From the IMG/VR virus record IMGVR_UViG_3300033076_000895, positions 1 through 32,797 of that record: a DNA stretch of 32,797 nucleotides. One strand, given 5' to 3'. Position numbers and translations under genes: made by a program. The stretch comes from a virus (lineage: Duplodnaviria > Caudoviricetes). The notes beneath the pieces are model-generated. The model saw nothing but the letters and a program-made list of their open reading frames with translations, did no database searches and was not told where the DNA came from. This document shows positions 10,049 to 17,909 of the stretch, piece after piece (position 1 is the stretch's first letter; the number at the start of each line of letters is the position of its first letter).

Positions 10049-12301
10049 ATGGCAGATAATGTAACAAAATACACAACCGAAATTGATATTGATACCTCAT
10101 CTTCAATTGCTGAATTAAAAAAGCTGAAGAAGGAATTAAGAAGTATCCCTTTAGATACAGAAGAATTTAAGGTTGCGCAAGCAAGAATTAATGATATTGA
10201 AGATAGCTTAAAAGGAGCTAGAACTGGAGCTGATAGTTTCGTTGAGGTATTGGGTAAATTACCTGGTCCTATTGGAAACATTGGTAATTCAGTAGCTGGA
10301 ACTGTATTATCTTTAAAAACATTCACATCACTTAAATTTGGTGACCTTCGTTCATCATTTGGTGAATTATCTAAAGATGTAATTGATATTGGTAAAGGTA
10401 TTGGTAGACTTACAGGTCTTACTAAATTATATGAATTTACTAACCAAGCTTTATCTAAATCATTTGTTGCTTTAGGTGTAAGTGAAGGTGTTGCAGCAAC
10501 AGGAGCTAAGGCTTTATCAGCTGCATTAATTTCAACTGGTATTGGTGCATTAGTAGTAGCAATTGGATATGCAGTATCTAAGTTAATTGAATTTGCCGGC
10601 TCAACTGAAGAATCTGATAGAGCAGCTAAAGCATTTAACGCAACTATTGAGGAGCAAGAAAGATTATTACAAAATGATGCAGAAGCATTAGATACAGCAG
10701 CTAAAGCGGCTGTGACAAGAGCTAAGTTAGCAGGTAAGAGTGAAGCTGAAATTGTTGAATTACAAAAAGGATTTAATAAAGAAAAATTAGAAAATCTTAG
10801 AGCTTATGATGAGCAATTATTCCAACAATCAAGAGAATTAAATAAGAATGATAAATTAAGTGCTGAAGAAAAGTTAAAGCTAAGTGAAGAATTAAACAAA
10901 AAGATTTTAAAGAGTGGACAAGATATTACTAAACAAATTCTTTCTAACTCTCAGTTTGAATTAGATTCACAATTATCTGCAAAAGAAAAAGCAGATGCTA
11001 AAGCTGCACAACTTGGTGAAAAAAGTAAAGCAGCTAAATTAAAACAAAAAGAAGAAGAAAAGAAAGCTTTAGAGGCTGCTGAAAAGGTAATAGTTGAAGC
11101 TTACTTATCTACAATTACTGAAAGAGATTCAGAAGTATTTAAAAGAGGACAAAAGTTAAATGAAGATATAGCTGCATTAGAAAAAGCTGGTATTAAAGAT
11201 TTAACAGGTGTAAAAGAAGCATATCGTTTAGATGTACAAAAGATTGAAGATAAATACAATAAAGAGGATTTAGAAAAGAAAGCTGATGCTGATAAAAAGG
11301 TAAGTGAATTTGATTCTAAGGTAGCTGAAATTCGTATTGCTGCAATTAAAGATGAAGTAGTAAGAAGTAAAGCTGAAAGACAAAAGCAATATGATGATGC
11401 TTTAATGGAATTAGAGGCTGATAAAGAATTCATTAAAAGAAGTGAAGAAGAAAAGAATGAAATCCGTAAGAATCTTAAAACAGCATTAGAAAATGATTTA
11501 GCAAAAATAGATGATGATGCTAAACTTAAGAAGAATGAAAAGGATGTTAAGGCTATTGATGATGAGTTAAGATTATTAGAATTAAGAAGTGCTGGTATGA
11601 TTACTGGTACTAAAGCTTATTTTGAAGCAAGAGCAGCAATATTAGATGCAGAAGAAGCAAAAGAATTAGCTAAAGCTGAATTAACTGAAGCTGAGAAAAC
11701 AGCAATAAAAGATAAGTACGCTAAATTAAGACAACAATTAGATGAGGATGAGATTGCATCATATGGTAAAGTAATATCAGCAACATTGGATGCATTAGGT
11801 TCAGTAACATCAGCAATCGCTAGTGGATACGATGAAGAAGCTAAGACATCTAAAGAAGCATTTGAAAAGAGAAAGAAATTGCAAAAAGCAACAGCTTTAT
11901 TATCTGCAGCTAGTGGTATCGTACAAATACTTACACAGCCATCTACATTACCTTCTCCATTTGATTTTATTGTGAAAGGTATAAACGCAGTGGCATTAGG
12001 TATCTCAACAGCAGTTCAAATTAAGAATATAGATAAAACTCAATTTGATGGTGGTGGAAGTAGTGGAAGTACTGCAGCTCCAGTAGCATCGGCGCCGGCA
12101 CCAACAGTACCTACTGTTGCAAAGATAGGCGTACCTCAAATTTCCGGTACAGAGGGTGGTAATAATCCTACCTCACAAATTGCTCAGACCCTATCTAAAG
12201 CAAGTGATAAGCCCGTGAAAGCGTATGTCGTATCAGGTGATGTAACTTCTCAACAGGCATTAGATAGAAGAACCACAAGAGCAGCAACCTTTAGTGGATA
12301 A
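10049..12301 (+). CDS. Tape measure protein
   Basis: 750 aa Ala/Lys/Glu coiled coil with hydrophobic segments (ALISTGIGALVVAIG) and a C-terminal PVKAYVVSGDVTSQQALDR. Confidence 0.85.
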   Translation: MADNVTKYTTEIDIDTSSSIAELKKLKKELRSIPLDTEEFKVAQARINDIEDSLKGARTGADSFVEVLGKLPGPIGNIGNSVAGTVLSLKTFTSLKFGDLRSSFGELSKDVIDIGKGIGRLTGLTKLYEFTNQALSKSFVALGVSEGVAATGAKALSAALISTGIGALVVAIGYAVSKLIEFAGSTEESDRAAKAFNATIEEQERLLQNDAEALDTAAKAAVTRAKLAGKSEAEIVELQKGFNKEKLENLRAYDEQLFQQSRELNKNDKLSAEEKLKLSEELNKKILKSGQDITKQILSNSQFELDSQLSAKEKADAKAAQLGEKSKAAKLKQKEEEKKALEAAEKVIVEAYLSTITERDSEVFKRGQKLNEDIAALEKAGIKDLTGVKEAYRLDVQKIEDKYNKEDLEKKADADKKVSEFDSKVAEIRIAAIKDEVVRSKAERQKQYDDALMELEADKEFIKRSEEEKNEIRKNLKTALENDLAKIDDDAKLKKNEKDVKAIDDELRLLELRSAGMITGTKAYFEARAAILDAEEAKELAKAELTEAEKTAIKDKYAKLRQQLDEDEIASYGKVISATLDALGSVTSAIASGYDEEAKTSKEAFEKRKKLQKATALLSAASGIVQILTQPSTLPSPFDFIVKGINAVALGISTAVQIKNIDKTQFDGGGSSGSTAAPVASAPAPTVPTVAKIGVPQISGTEGGNNPTSQIAQTLSKASDKPVKAYVVSGDVTSQQALDRRTTRAATFSG

Positions 12302-12314
12302 AATGAAATTAAAT

Positions 12315-12322
12315 TGTTAAAT
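12315..12322 (+). promoter_or_regulatory. Putative late promoter core TGTTAAAT (copy 5)
   Basis: 4 nt before the ATG at 12327. The 20-bp context is identical to copy 4. Confidence 0.7.
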
Positions 12323-12326
12323 TAAT

Positions 12327-13400
12327 ATGATAAAAGACCAAATATACGAATTAGTATTAGAAGATGATGCAGATGAAGTATTCGCCATTTCATTGGTAGA
12401 AGAACCAGCAATTGAATCTAACTTTGTTTATTTCAATAAGCAAGGTGTACAATTCACAGCTATAAGTGATGAAAAGCGTCTTGTAATGGGACCTATATTG
12501 GTTCCTGATAAAAAGATTTTAAGAGTAGATGAGATGGGTAATCCATACTATGTATTCTTTAAACCTAACACAATTAAGAAGTTATCTGAAATGTATTTAG
12601 AAAAAAAATATAACTCTGAAACAACATTAGAACATGATAAAAAAATTGATAATATATCGTTGGTTGAAAGCTGGATTGTTGAAAGTAGAACAAAAGATAA
12701 ATCCGCAATCTATGGCCTTAGTCTTCCAATTGGTAGCTGGGTTGGCACTTTTAAAGTTAATAATGATGATATCTGGAATAACTATGTAAAGACTGGTGAT
12801 GTAAAAGGATTCTCAATTGAGGGAATGTTTTCACATAAATTGGTTGAAGCATCTATGGTAGAAGATATTATGGAAAAAGAAATTACTGAATTAAGTAATG
12901 AAGAAGCTGAAATAATATTGAGTAGAATGAAAGCCCTAATCAAAAAAGATAGCAGATATAAATCTGGTAAAAGAGTTGATATGGAATCTTATTCTGATTA
13001 TCCAGATGGAGTAAAGAACAATGCTAAGAAAGCAATTGAGTGGGCTAATAGTAATGGTTGGGGAAGTTGTGGTACTCCTGTTGGTAAGCAAAGAGCTAAT
13101 CAATTAGCAAAGGGTGAACCTATTTCAGTAGATACAATTCAAAGAATGTATTCATTTCTTAGTAGACATGAAGGTGATTTAGAATCATCAAAAGCATTTG
13201 GTGATGGTTGTGGATATCTTATGTATATGGCATGGGGTGGTAAAGCAGCATTAGGTTGGGCTCACAATAAATTAAAAGGTTTAGGATTAGTAGAAGCTGA
13301 GGGACAACCTTCAGTAGCATCATCTTATCCTGGTGAAGGACCAACAAAAAAGAAAAAAACAAAAATGTGGAGTGATGTATTCGCTTCAATAAAACAATAA
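12327..13400 (+). CDS. XkdF-like putative prohead serine protease with a C-terminal accessory domain
   Basis: ISLVEEPAIE, KRLVMGPILVPDK, GSWVGTFKV and VKGFSIEG.F. The C-terminal SYSDYP..GTPVG..RANQLA..WGG domain is common in phage head proteins. Confidence 0.75.
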   Translation: MIKDQIYELVLEDDADEVFAISLVEEPAIESNFVYFNKQGVQFTAISDEKRLVMGPILVPDKKILRVDEMGNPYYVFFKPNTIKKLSEMYLEKKYNSETTLEHDKKIDNISLVESWIVESRTKDKSAIYGLSLPIGSWVGTFKVNNDDIWNNYVKTGDVKGFSIEGMFSHKLVEASMVEDIMEKEITELSNEEAEIILSRMKALIKKDSRYKSGKRVDMESYSDYPDGVKNNAKKAIEWANSNGWGSCGTPVGKQRANQLAKGEPISVDTIQRMYSFLSRHEGDLESSKAFGDGCGYLMYMAWGGKAALGWAHNKLKGLGLVEAEGQPSVASSYPGEGPTKKKKTKMWSDVFASIKQ

Positions 13401-13403
13401 ACT

Positions 13404-13772
13404 ATGGCAACATTCGTAGAATTTTTAAGTACATTAAATTCAGCTAAACAACAAACAATATTTTGGCATAACCAAACAACTAGCTATTCAACTCATAAAG
13501 CTTTGAATAAATGGTATGATGGTATAGTAGGTAGCTTAGATGGCTTAGTAGAATCAGTAGCTGGTATATATGGTAGACCTGTTGGGTATACTGTAGTAGA
13601 ACCAACTGATTGGACTAGTACTGAAGATACAATTGCATATTTCCAAAATCTTTATCAATATGTACAAACATCTAGAAATGATTTGTATAAAGAGACTTGG
13701 GTACAAAATCAAATTGATGAAATAGCTGCAAGTATTGCACAAACTATTTACTTACTAACATTGAATAAATAA
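13404..13772 (+). CDS. Ferritin/Dps-like four-helix protein
   Basis: WH.QT.SY..HKAL..WYD....DGLVE...G.YG and QNQIDEI...YLL follow the Dps-type ferroxidase ligand pattern. Confidence 0.7.
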   Translation: MATFVEFLSTLNSAKQQTIFWHNQTTSYSTHKALNKWYDGIVGSLDGLVESVAGIYGRPVGYTVVEPTDWTSTEDTIAYFQNLYQYVQTSRNDLYKETWVQNQIDEIAASIAQTIYLLTLNK

Positions 13773-14185
13773 TGATTAATTTAAAAGTAGCCTCTTATCT
13801 AAAGAGAATGAATATGGCACAATGTCCTCCGGCAACGCAGGATATTAAAACTAATTTAAAGAATAGACAAGTTGCTATTGATACTGCTATGTATGGTCCT
13901 TTGGATATTAAAAATCCTGGTGATTATTGGGATAAAATAGCAGCTAAATGGAATGTACCAGTTGAGGAAGCTAAAGGTGAAACTTGTTCTAATTGTGCAG
14001 CATTTAATATTACTAAAACAATGTTAGAATGTATAGCTGGTGGTATAAGTAAAGGAGAAACTAAATCAGACCCTTGGGATGTTGTAGAAGCTGGTGATTT
14101 AGGGTATTGTGAGTTTTTTGATTTCAAATGTAATGGTAACAGAAGTTGTTCAGCTCACGTAGATGGTGGACCAATTAAAGATTAA
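13772..14185 (+). CDS. Cys-rich conserved phage protein (HiPIP-like Cys spacing)
   Basis: CPPATQD...CSNCAAF...GYCEFFDFKC...SC. Confidence 0.55.
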   Translation: MINLKVASYLKRMNMAQCPPATQDIKTNLKNRQVAIDTAMYGPLDIKNPGDYWDKIAAKWNVPVEEAKGETCSNCAAFNITKTMLECIAGGISKGETKSDPWDVVEAGDLGYCEFFDFKCNGNRSCSAHVDGGPIKD

Positions 14186-14188
14186 GAA

Positions 14189-14539
14189 ATGATAAATACC
14201 TTCTTAAAGAACTTACAACAATTTGCTGATAGAAATGAAAAGACTATTAGTATAAATGAATTCTTACAATTGCTTAAAACAAGCAATCAGTCTGATAAAA
14301 TAAATGTATTGTGGAGTACGGAAGGTTCTGCTGATGGAAGTGGTAAACCTCCTCACACTGCTAGATATCTAATGTGGTGGGATGAAGGAGCTTATGTTGG
14401 TGGAGATGCCGGCGGTAGTGCTACTAAAGAATCTCAAAACCAATTTAACTTAAGAACAACTGGTGGTAGATGGAGAACTTTAAGTTATGATAATATTATA
14501 TCAGCAAGTTTCAAAAATAGAATCTATACCATAGGTTAA
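14189..14539 (+). CDS. Hypothetical protein (possible SH3/WYL-like fold)
   Basis: 116 aa, tightly packed in the operon, with C-terminal GRWRTLSYDNII. Confidence 0.5.
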   Translation: MINTFLKNLQQFADRNEKTISINEFLQLLKTSNQSDKINVLWSTEGSADGSGKPPHTARYLMWWDEGAYVGGDAGGSATKESQNQFNLRTTGGRWRTLSYDNIISASFKNRIYTIG

Positions 14540-15405
14540 ACCTTACACAATCCTTTTTCAGCTAATTGCTTTCTAACGGTGTAGTCATCAACACCAAACA
14601 TTCTAGCAAAGCCAGATACGCTGAATCTTCTATTATTTAGAGGAGAATAGTTTTCAACACAAAATTGTATTTCTTCTTCGGTTAATTCTTGCTTTTCTAA
14701 GTACGGAATAGCCATACCTGTTCTATCCCATTCCTTTCTAAAAGTATCGTAGTGAGAACTGATTCTATTAAATACTTTAGTAATATAATGTCTATCTACA
14801 TGCTTACCATCTATTGTAGTTAGATTATTCATTATAGTTCTACGATTAAAATCTTCAATAGAATCTATATTACGAATTAATTTAATAACCTCATCAATTA
14901 CAGGTACAAACTTTCTAGCAGCTGCGGTAGTTAATTTATCTTTATTAGATTCTAAGTAATCAGCAAATGCGTACAACACACCTGATGTATGTTCTATCTC
15001 ATCCAATCTTTTATCTGAATCATCTGCTATATCCCAATTATCATTTAATTGGTCTAATTTCAACGTTCTCTTAGTTCCTGTATATCCTCTTGTATTATGA
15101 AAGATATAGTAATTGCGAGCGCAGACTGTTAGGTATGAAAATGCTTTTCCCTTACCTTCCTTAATTCTAAATAACCTTTCTGAAAGATAACAAGTACAAT
15201 CTAACATAATTTCTAATGGTTCACCTTCCATATAAACAGGTTTAATCTTATTATAATAAACTTCTGCTATTTTGTATATTGCTGGATAAATAATAAGAAA
15301 ATGTCTATCCCTTTCTAATTGTGTTTGTGAAGCATTATATAATTGAATCGCTTGTTCGACCGATTCATTAAAATATTGATTGTTTGGATTTTTCTTACGC
15401 CCCAT
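14536..15405 (-). CDS. Sigma-factor-like protein (T4 gp55-like region 2) with a C-terminal HTH
   Basis: YF.E..EQAI..YN, IYKIAE and KGKAFSYLTVCARNY (a region-2-like motif). The C-terminus VSGFARMFGVDDYTVRKQL looks like an HTH. Confidence 0.65.
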   Translation of the reverse strand: MGRKKNPNNQYFNESVEQAIQLYNASQTQLERDRHFLIIYPAIYKIAEVYYNKIKPVYMEGEPLEIMLDCTCYLSERLFRIKEGKGKAFSYLTVCARNYYIFHNTRGYTGTKRTLKLDQLNDNWDIADDSDKRLDEIEHTSGVLYAFADYLESNKDKLTTAAARKFVPVIDEVIKLIRNIDSIEDFNRRTIMNNLTTIDGKHVDRHYITKVFNRISSHYDTFRKEWDRTGMAIPYLEKQELTEEEIQFCVENYSPLNNRRFSVSGFARMFGVDDYTVRKQLAEKGLCKV

Positions 15406-15419
15406 TATAACTTAGTTTA

Positions 15420-15905
15420 TTATTTAACAATTTTGTGTTTACATTTATTAAAATGCCATTGAAACATAGAAGATGATTTACCAACTTTTCCACAATGAGG
15501 ACATGTATGTATTTTTGAACAATTTAATTTACCTAATAAAGACATATGGCCTGATTCAGCATTTTTTTTACCTTGAATAGTTCCTTGCGCTAATCCACCA
15601 AGTTTAGCAATCTCAATATGTTTATCTTTATTATTAAGTTTCCATTCTTTTGCTGCTTTTAGCATTGGTTCTATTGGTGCATTACCACTTCTACACCAAT
15701 CATAACTTTGTTTATATGTTGTATTATCAATAGTATAACCATATTCTTTTTGTAATTCCATTTCTCTATTTGATACTATATTAATATCAGTATAAATTTC
15801 TAATATTTCATAATAATCATAACCTTGTTTTTTTACTCTAGCTTTTGGATTAGTTGAACATCCAATTTTTACATTTGGAATGTGATAAATGTAATACTTT
15901 TTCAT
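15420..15905 (-). CDS. GIY-YIG-like endonuclease with a C-terminal zinc finger
   Basis: YIYHI...KIGCS...R...RE.ELQ and TCPHCGKVG....WHF.KC. Confidence 0.65.
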   Translation of the reverse strand: MKKYYIYHIPNVKIGCSTNPKARVKKQGYDYYEILEIYTDINIVSNREMELQKEYGYTIDNTTYKQSYDWCRSGNAPIEPMLKAAKEWKLNNKDKHIEIAKLGGLAQGTIQGKKNAESGHMSLLGKLNCSKIHTCPHCGKVGKSSSMFQWHFNKCKHKIVK

Positions 15906-15928
15906 ATTTGATTGTTATTAATATATTG

Positions 15929-15960
15929 TAAAGATACAAAATTTAATTGATAAAACCAAA
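15929..15960 (-). promoter_or_regulatory. Bacteroidota-type host sigma70 promoter (-33/-7)
   Basis: The minus strand reads TTTG-N20-TATCTTTA, 23 nt upstream of the ATG at 15905. Confidence 0.75.
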
Positions 15961-15964
15961 TAAT

Positions 15965-16444
15965 ATGCCAGTAAAACCAACCGCATCTGAAAGTGAAGAC
16001 CAATTTATAGGAAGATGTATGAGTGAAGAAAAGGATAGTTTTCCTGATGAAACTCAAAGATACGCTGTATGCAAATATAAATGGGATACATCTAATATGA
16101 GTAAGATAAAAGATACTACATCTAAAGTAATGGCTAAAGTAAATTATATTAATAAATTTGAAGGTATTAATTTAGCAGCTCCATTAGAAAAAGGACCTAA
16201 TGACCCATGTTATGAAGATTATGTTCAAATTGGAACAAAAGATTTAGATGGTAGGTCAGTCCCTAATTGTGTACCTCTTTCATCAGAAGCAGATAAAGTA
16301 CAAATGGAAAAGAAATACAACTTCGCAGAGGGTGGAACAAGTTACCCTTGGGATGAATGTATTGCAGACCAAACTGCTAGATATGGTGATGAAGAAACAG
16401 CTAAAAAAGTTTGTGGATATATAAAATCAGAATACGGAAGTTAA
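15965..16444 (+). CDS. Multi-module Cys-containing head-associated protein (start probably 15965, not 15947)
   Basis: Three small modules: MPV.P...ESE..FI.RCM...QR.AVC, PCYEDY..IG.K...VPNCVP and YPWDECI...KVCG.IK. The ATG at 15965 has the usual TAAT context. Confidence 0.7.
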   Translation: MPVKPTASESEDQFIGRCMSEEKDSFPDETQRYAVCKYKWDTSNMSKIKDTTSKVMAKVNYINKFEGINLAAPLEKGPNDPCYEDYVQIGTKDLDGRSVPNCVPLSSEADKVQMEKKYNFAEGGTSYPWDECIADQTARYGDEETAKKVCGYIKSEYGS

Positions 16445-16513
16445 TAACTAAACATAATAGGGGATTTATCTATTCTAAATTGCCATTTACTGTATATATT
16501 TCCTATCCCCTAT

Positions 16514-16540
16514 AAGGTCCTCTATTTGAGGACCTTTTTT
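16514..16540 (+). terminator. Rho-independent terminator
   Basis: AAGGTCCTC-TATTT-GAGGACCTT followed by TTTT-ATGTC. Confidence 0.85.
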
Positions 16541-16545
16541 ATGTC

Positions 16546-16629
16546 ATTGATTATCAACACGTTAGCTAAATGTGGATAACTTGTGGATAAATCACTTAAA
16601 AATCTTTTATTGAGTATCAACACGTTAGC
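16546..16629. promoter_or_regulatory. Candidate origin/regulatory site: two DnaA boxes between two 21-bp IHF-consensus repeats
   Basis: TGTGGATAA at 16571-16579 and 16582-16590. ATTGA(T/G)TATCAACACGTTAGC at 16546-16566 and 16609-16629. Confidence 0.65.
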
Positions 16630-16658
16630 CGGGAACTACTAAAATAAAGGGTAAAAAG

Positions 16659-16690
16659 CTTGTTTATTTGGTATATTCTTCGTATCTTTA
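16659..16690 (+). promoter_or_regulatory. Bacteroidota-type host sigma70 promoter
   Basis: CTTG-N20-TATCTTTA before the ATG at 16713. Confidence 0.7.
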
Positions 16691-16712
16691 GGTATAATCA
16701 AAAATTAAGAAT

Positions 16713-17477
16713 ATGAGTAAAGTGGGATTAGTTGTAAGAAACAACGCAGAGCAAACAGCAGTTAATATGTGTATAGAAGCACATAAGTGGTTAAACAAAA
16801 AGTTTGGAGTTGATACCAAATTAACATTCAGTAGAGAGGTTAATTGGGGTAATGGGGTACATTATGCAGGATTTTATACAGACTCAAATAAAGAAGTAAG
16901 AATAAACATTCGTAACCTTTATGGTAATTCAATCAAAGATATCCTAGCTGTATTAGGGCATGAGATTAGACATGCTATTCAATGTAAAGAAGGGTCATTA
17001 TCTAAATTTGCGGTTGCAAAGGGTAGAGGTAATAATTCTTATGTTTGGGGTAGCTGGAATGGGAAATATGAGTACCATACATACGAAGATGCACCTTGGG
17101 AAATAGATGCTAGAAAATATCAATACAAATATGCTGATATGGCTATTAAAGCATTAGGATTTGAAAAAGATGCTGATATCAAATTACCTTATGGTAGTGT
17201 AACAACTAAACTTACTGATGAAACTATTCAAGCTTTTCTTAAAAAGAATAAATCAAAAGATATTAAGTTATTAAGAGCCTATGATAAAAGAGGTAAATCA
17301 AACCCTAATGGATTTTGGTGGTTAGATTTAAAGCAAACCAAATATAAAGAATGGAGTAGAGAAAATATAAACGATGCTTATACAAAATACGCTAAGTTTA
17401 TGGAAACACAATTCGTTGCATATAAAACCAAAAAAGAAAAGTTTGGTGGATTTTCACTAAATGATTTAAGATTTTAA
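16713..17477 (+). CDS. Zincin-like metallopeptidase
   Basis: LGHEIRHAIQ (HExxH) and downstream PWEIDAR (third ligand). Confidence 0.75.
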   Translation: MSKVGLVVRNNAEQTAVNMCIEAHKWLNKKFGVDTKLTFSREVNWGNGVHYAGFYTDSNKEVRINIRNLYGNSIKDILAVLGHEIRHAIQCKEGSLSKFAVAKGRGNNSYVWGSWNGKYEYHTYEDAPWEIDARKYQYKYADMAIKALGFEKDADIKLPYGSVTTKLTDETIQAFLKKNKSKDIKLLRAYDKRGKSNPNGFWWLDLKQTKYKEWSRENINDAYTKYAKFMETQFVAYKTKKEKFGGFSLNDLRF

Positions 17478-17487
17478 AACAAAAGTT

Positions 17488-17799
17488 ATGGAAGATAGAA
17501 TATTATCATTAGAGAGGCGATTAATGGCGCTTCTCAATTCCCTGCCTAAAGAAATGCAGGATAGAGTAGAAGAAGAAAAGTTTGTAATGAGAAAAGAAAC
17601 TGGTAAGAAATACAAAGTGCAATTCCTTATTGAAACTGATAAAGGTACTAAACCAATTACAATAGATAACATATGGGCATGGTCTGATGCTGATGCTATG
17701 TATGTTGGTAGTGTAGTATATGTTAAACCTGAAATGGATAGGTTACAAAAGAATGGAGTAATACGATTTTATAAGATAATAAATAAAAAAGTTTTGTAA
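17488..17799 (+). CDS. Hypothetical protein
   Basis: 103 aa, directly after the peptidase gene. Confidence 0.65.
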   Translation: MEDRILSLERRLMALLNSLPKEMQDRVEEEKFVMRKETGKKYKVQFLIETDKGTKPITIDNIWAWSDADAMYVGSVVYVKPEMDRLQKNGVIRFYKIINKKVL

Positions 17800-17823
17800 T
17801 ATCAAAATAATTTCGTATCTTTA
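17793..17823 (+). promoter_or_regulatory. Bacteroidota-type host sigma70 promoter facing an ORF-free region
   Basis: TTTG-N19-TATCTTTA. Confidence 0.7.
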
Positions 17824-17864
17824 TAAAATAAAACTACCAAAAACGCTGTTTGAAAAATAACGGC

Positions 17865-17872
17865 ATATTTAT
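17865..17872 (+). promoter_or_regulatory. ATATTTAT motif, putative phage-sigma (middle) promoter
   Basis: Also present intergenically at 19298 and 19422. Confidence 0.45.
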
Positions 17873-17909
17873 TAGTACATAAACCCATAAAACACCTTAA
17901 ACTTTAAAA

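Noticed and set aside
16546-16629. The 21-bp repeat pair as a mini-CRISPR array or attP site
   Set aside because: There are only two copies, the spacer consists of DnaA boxes, and no cas or integrase gene is seen.
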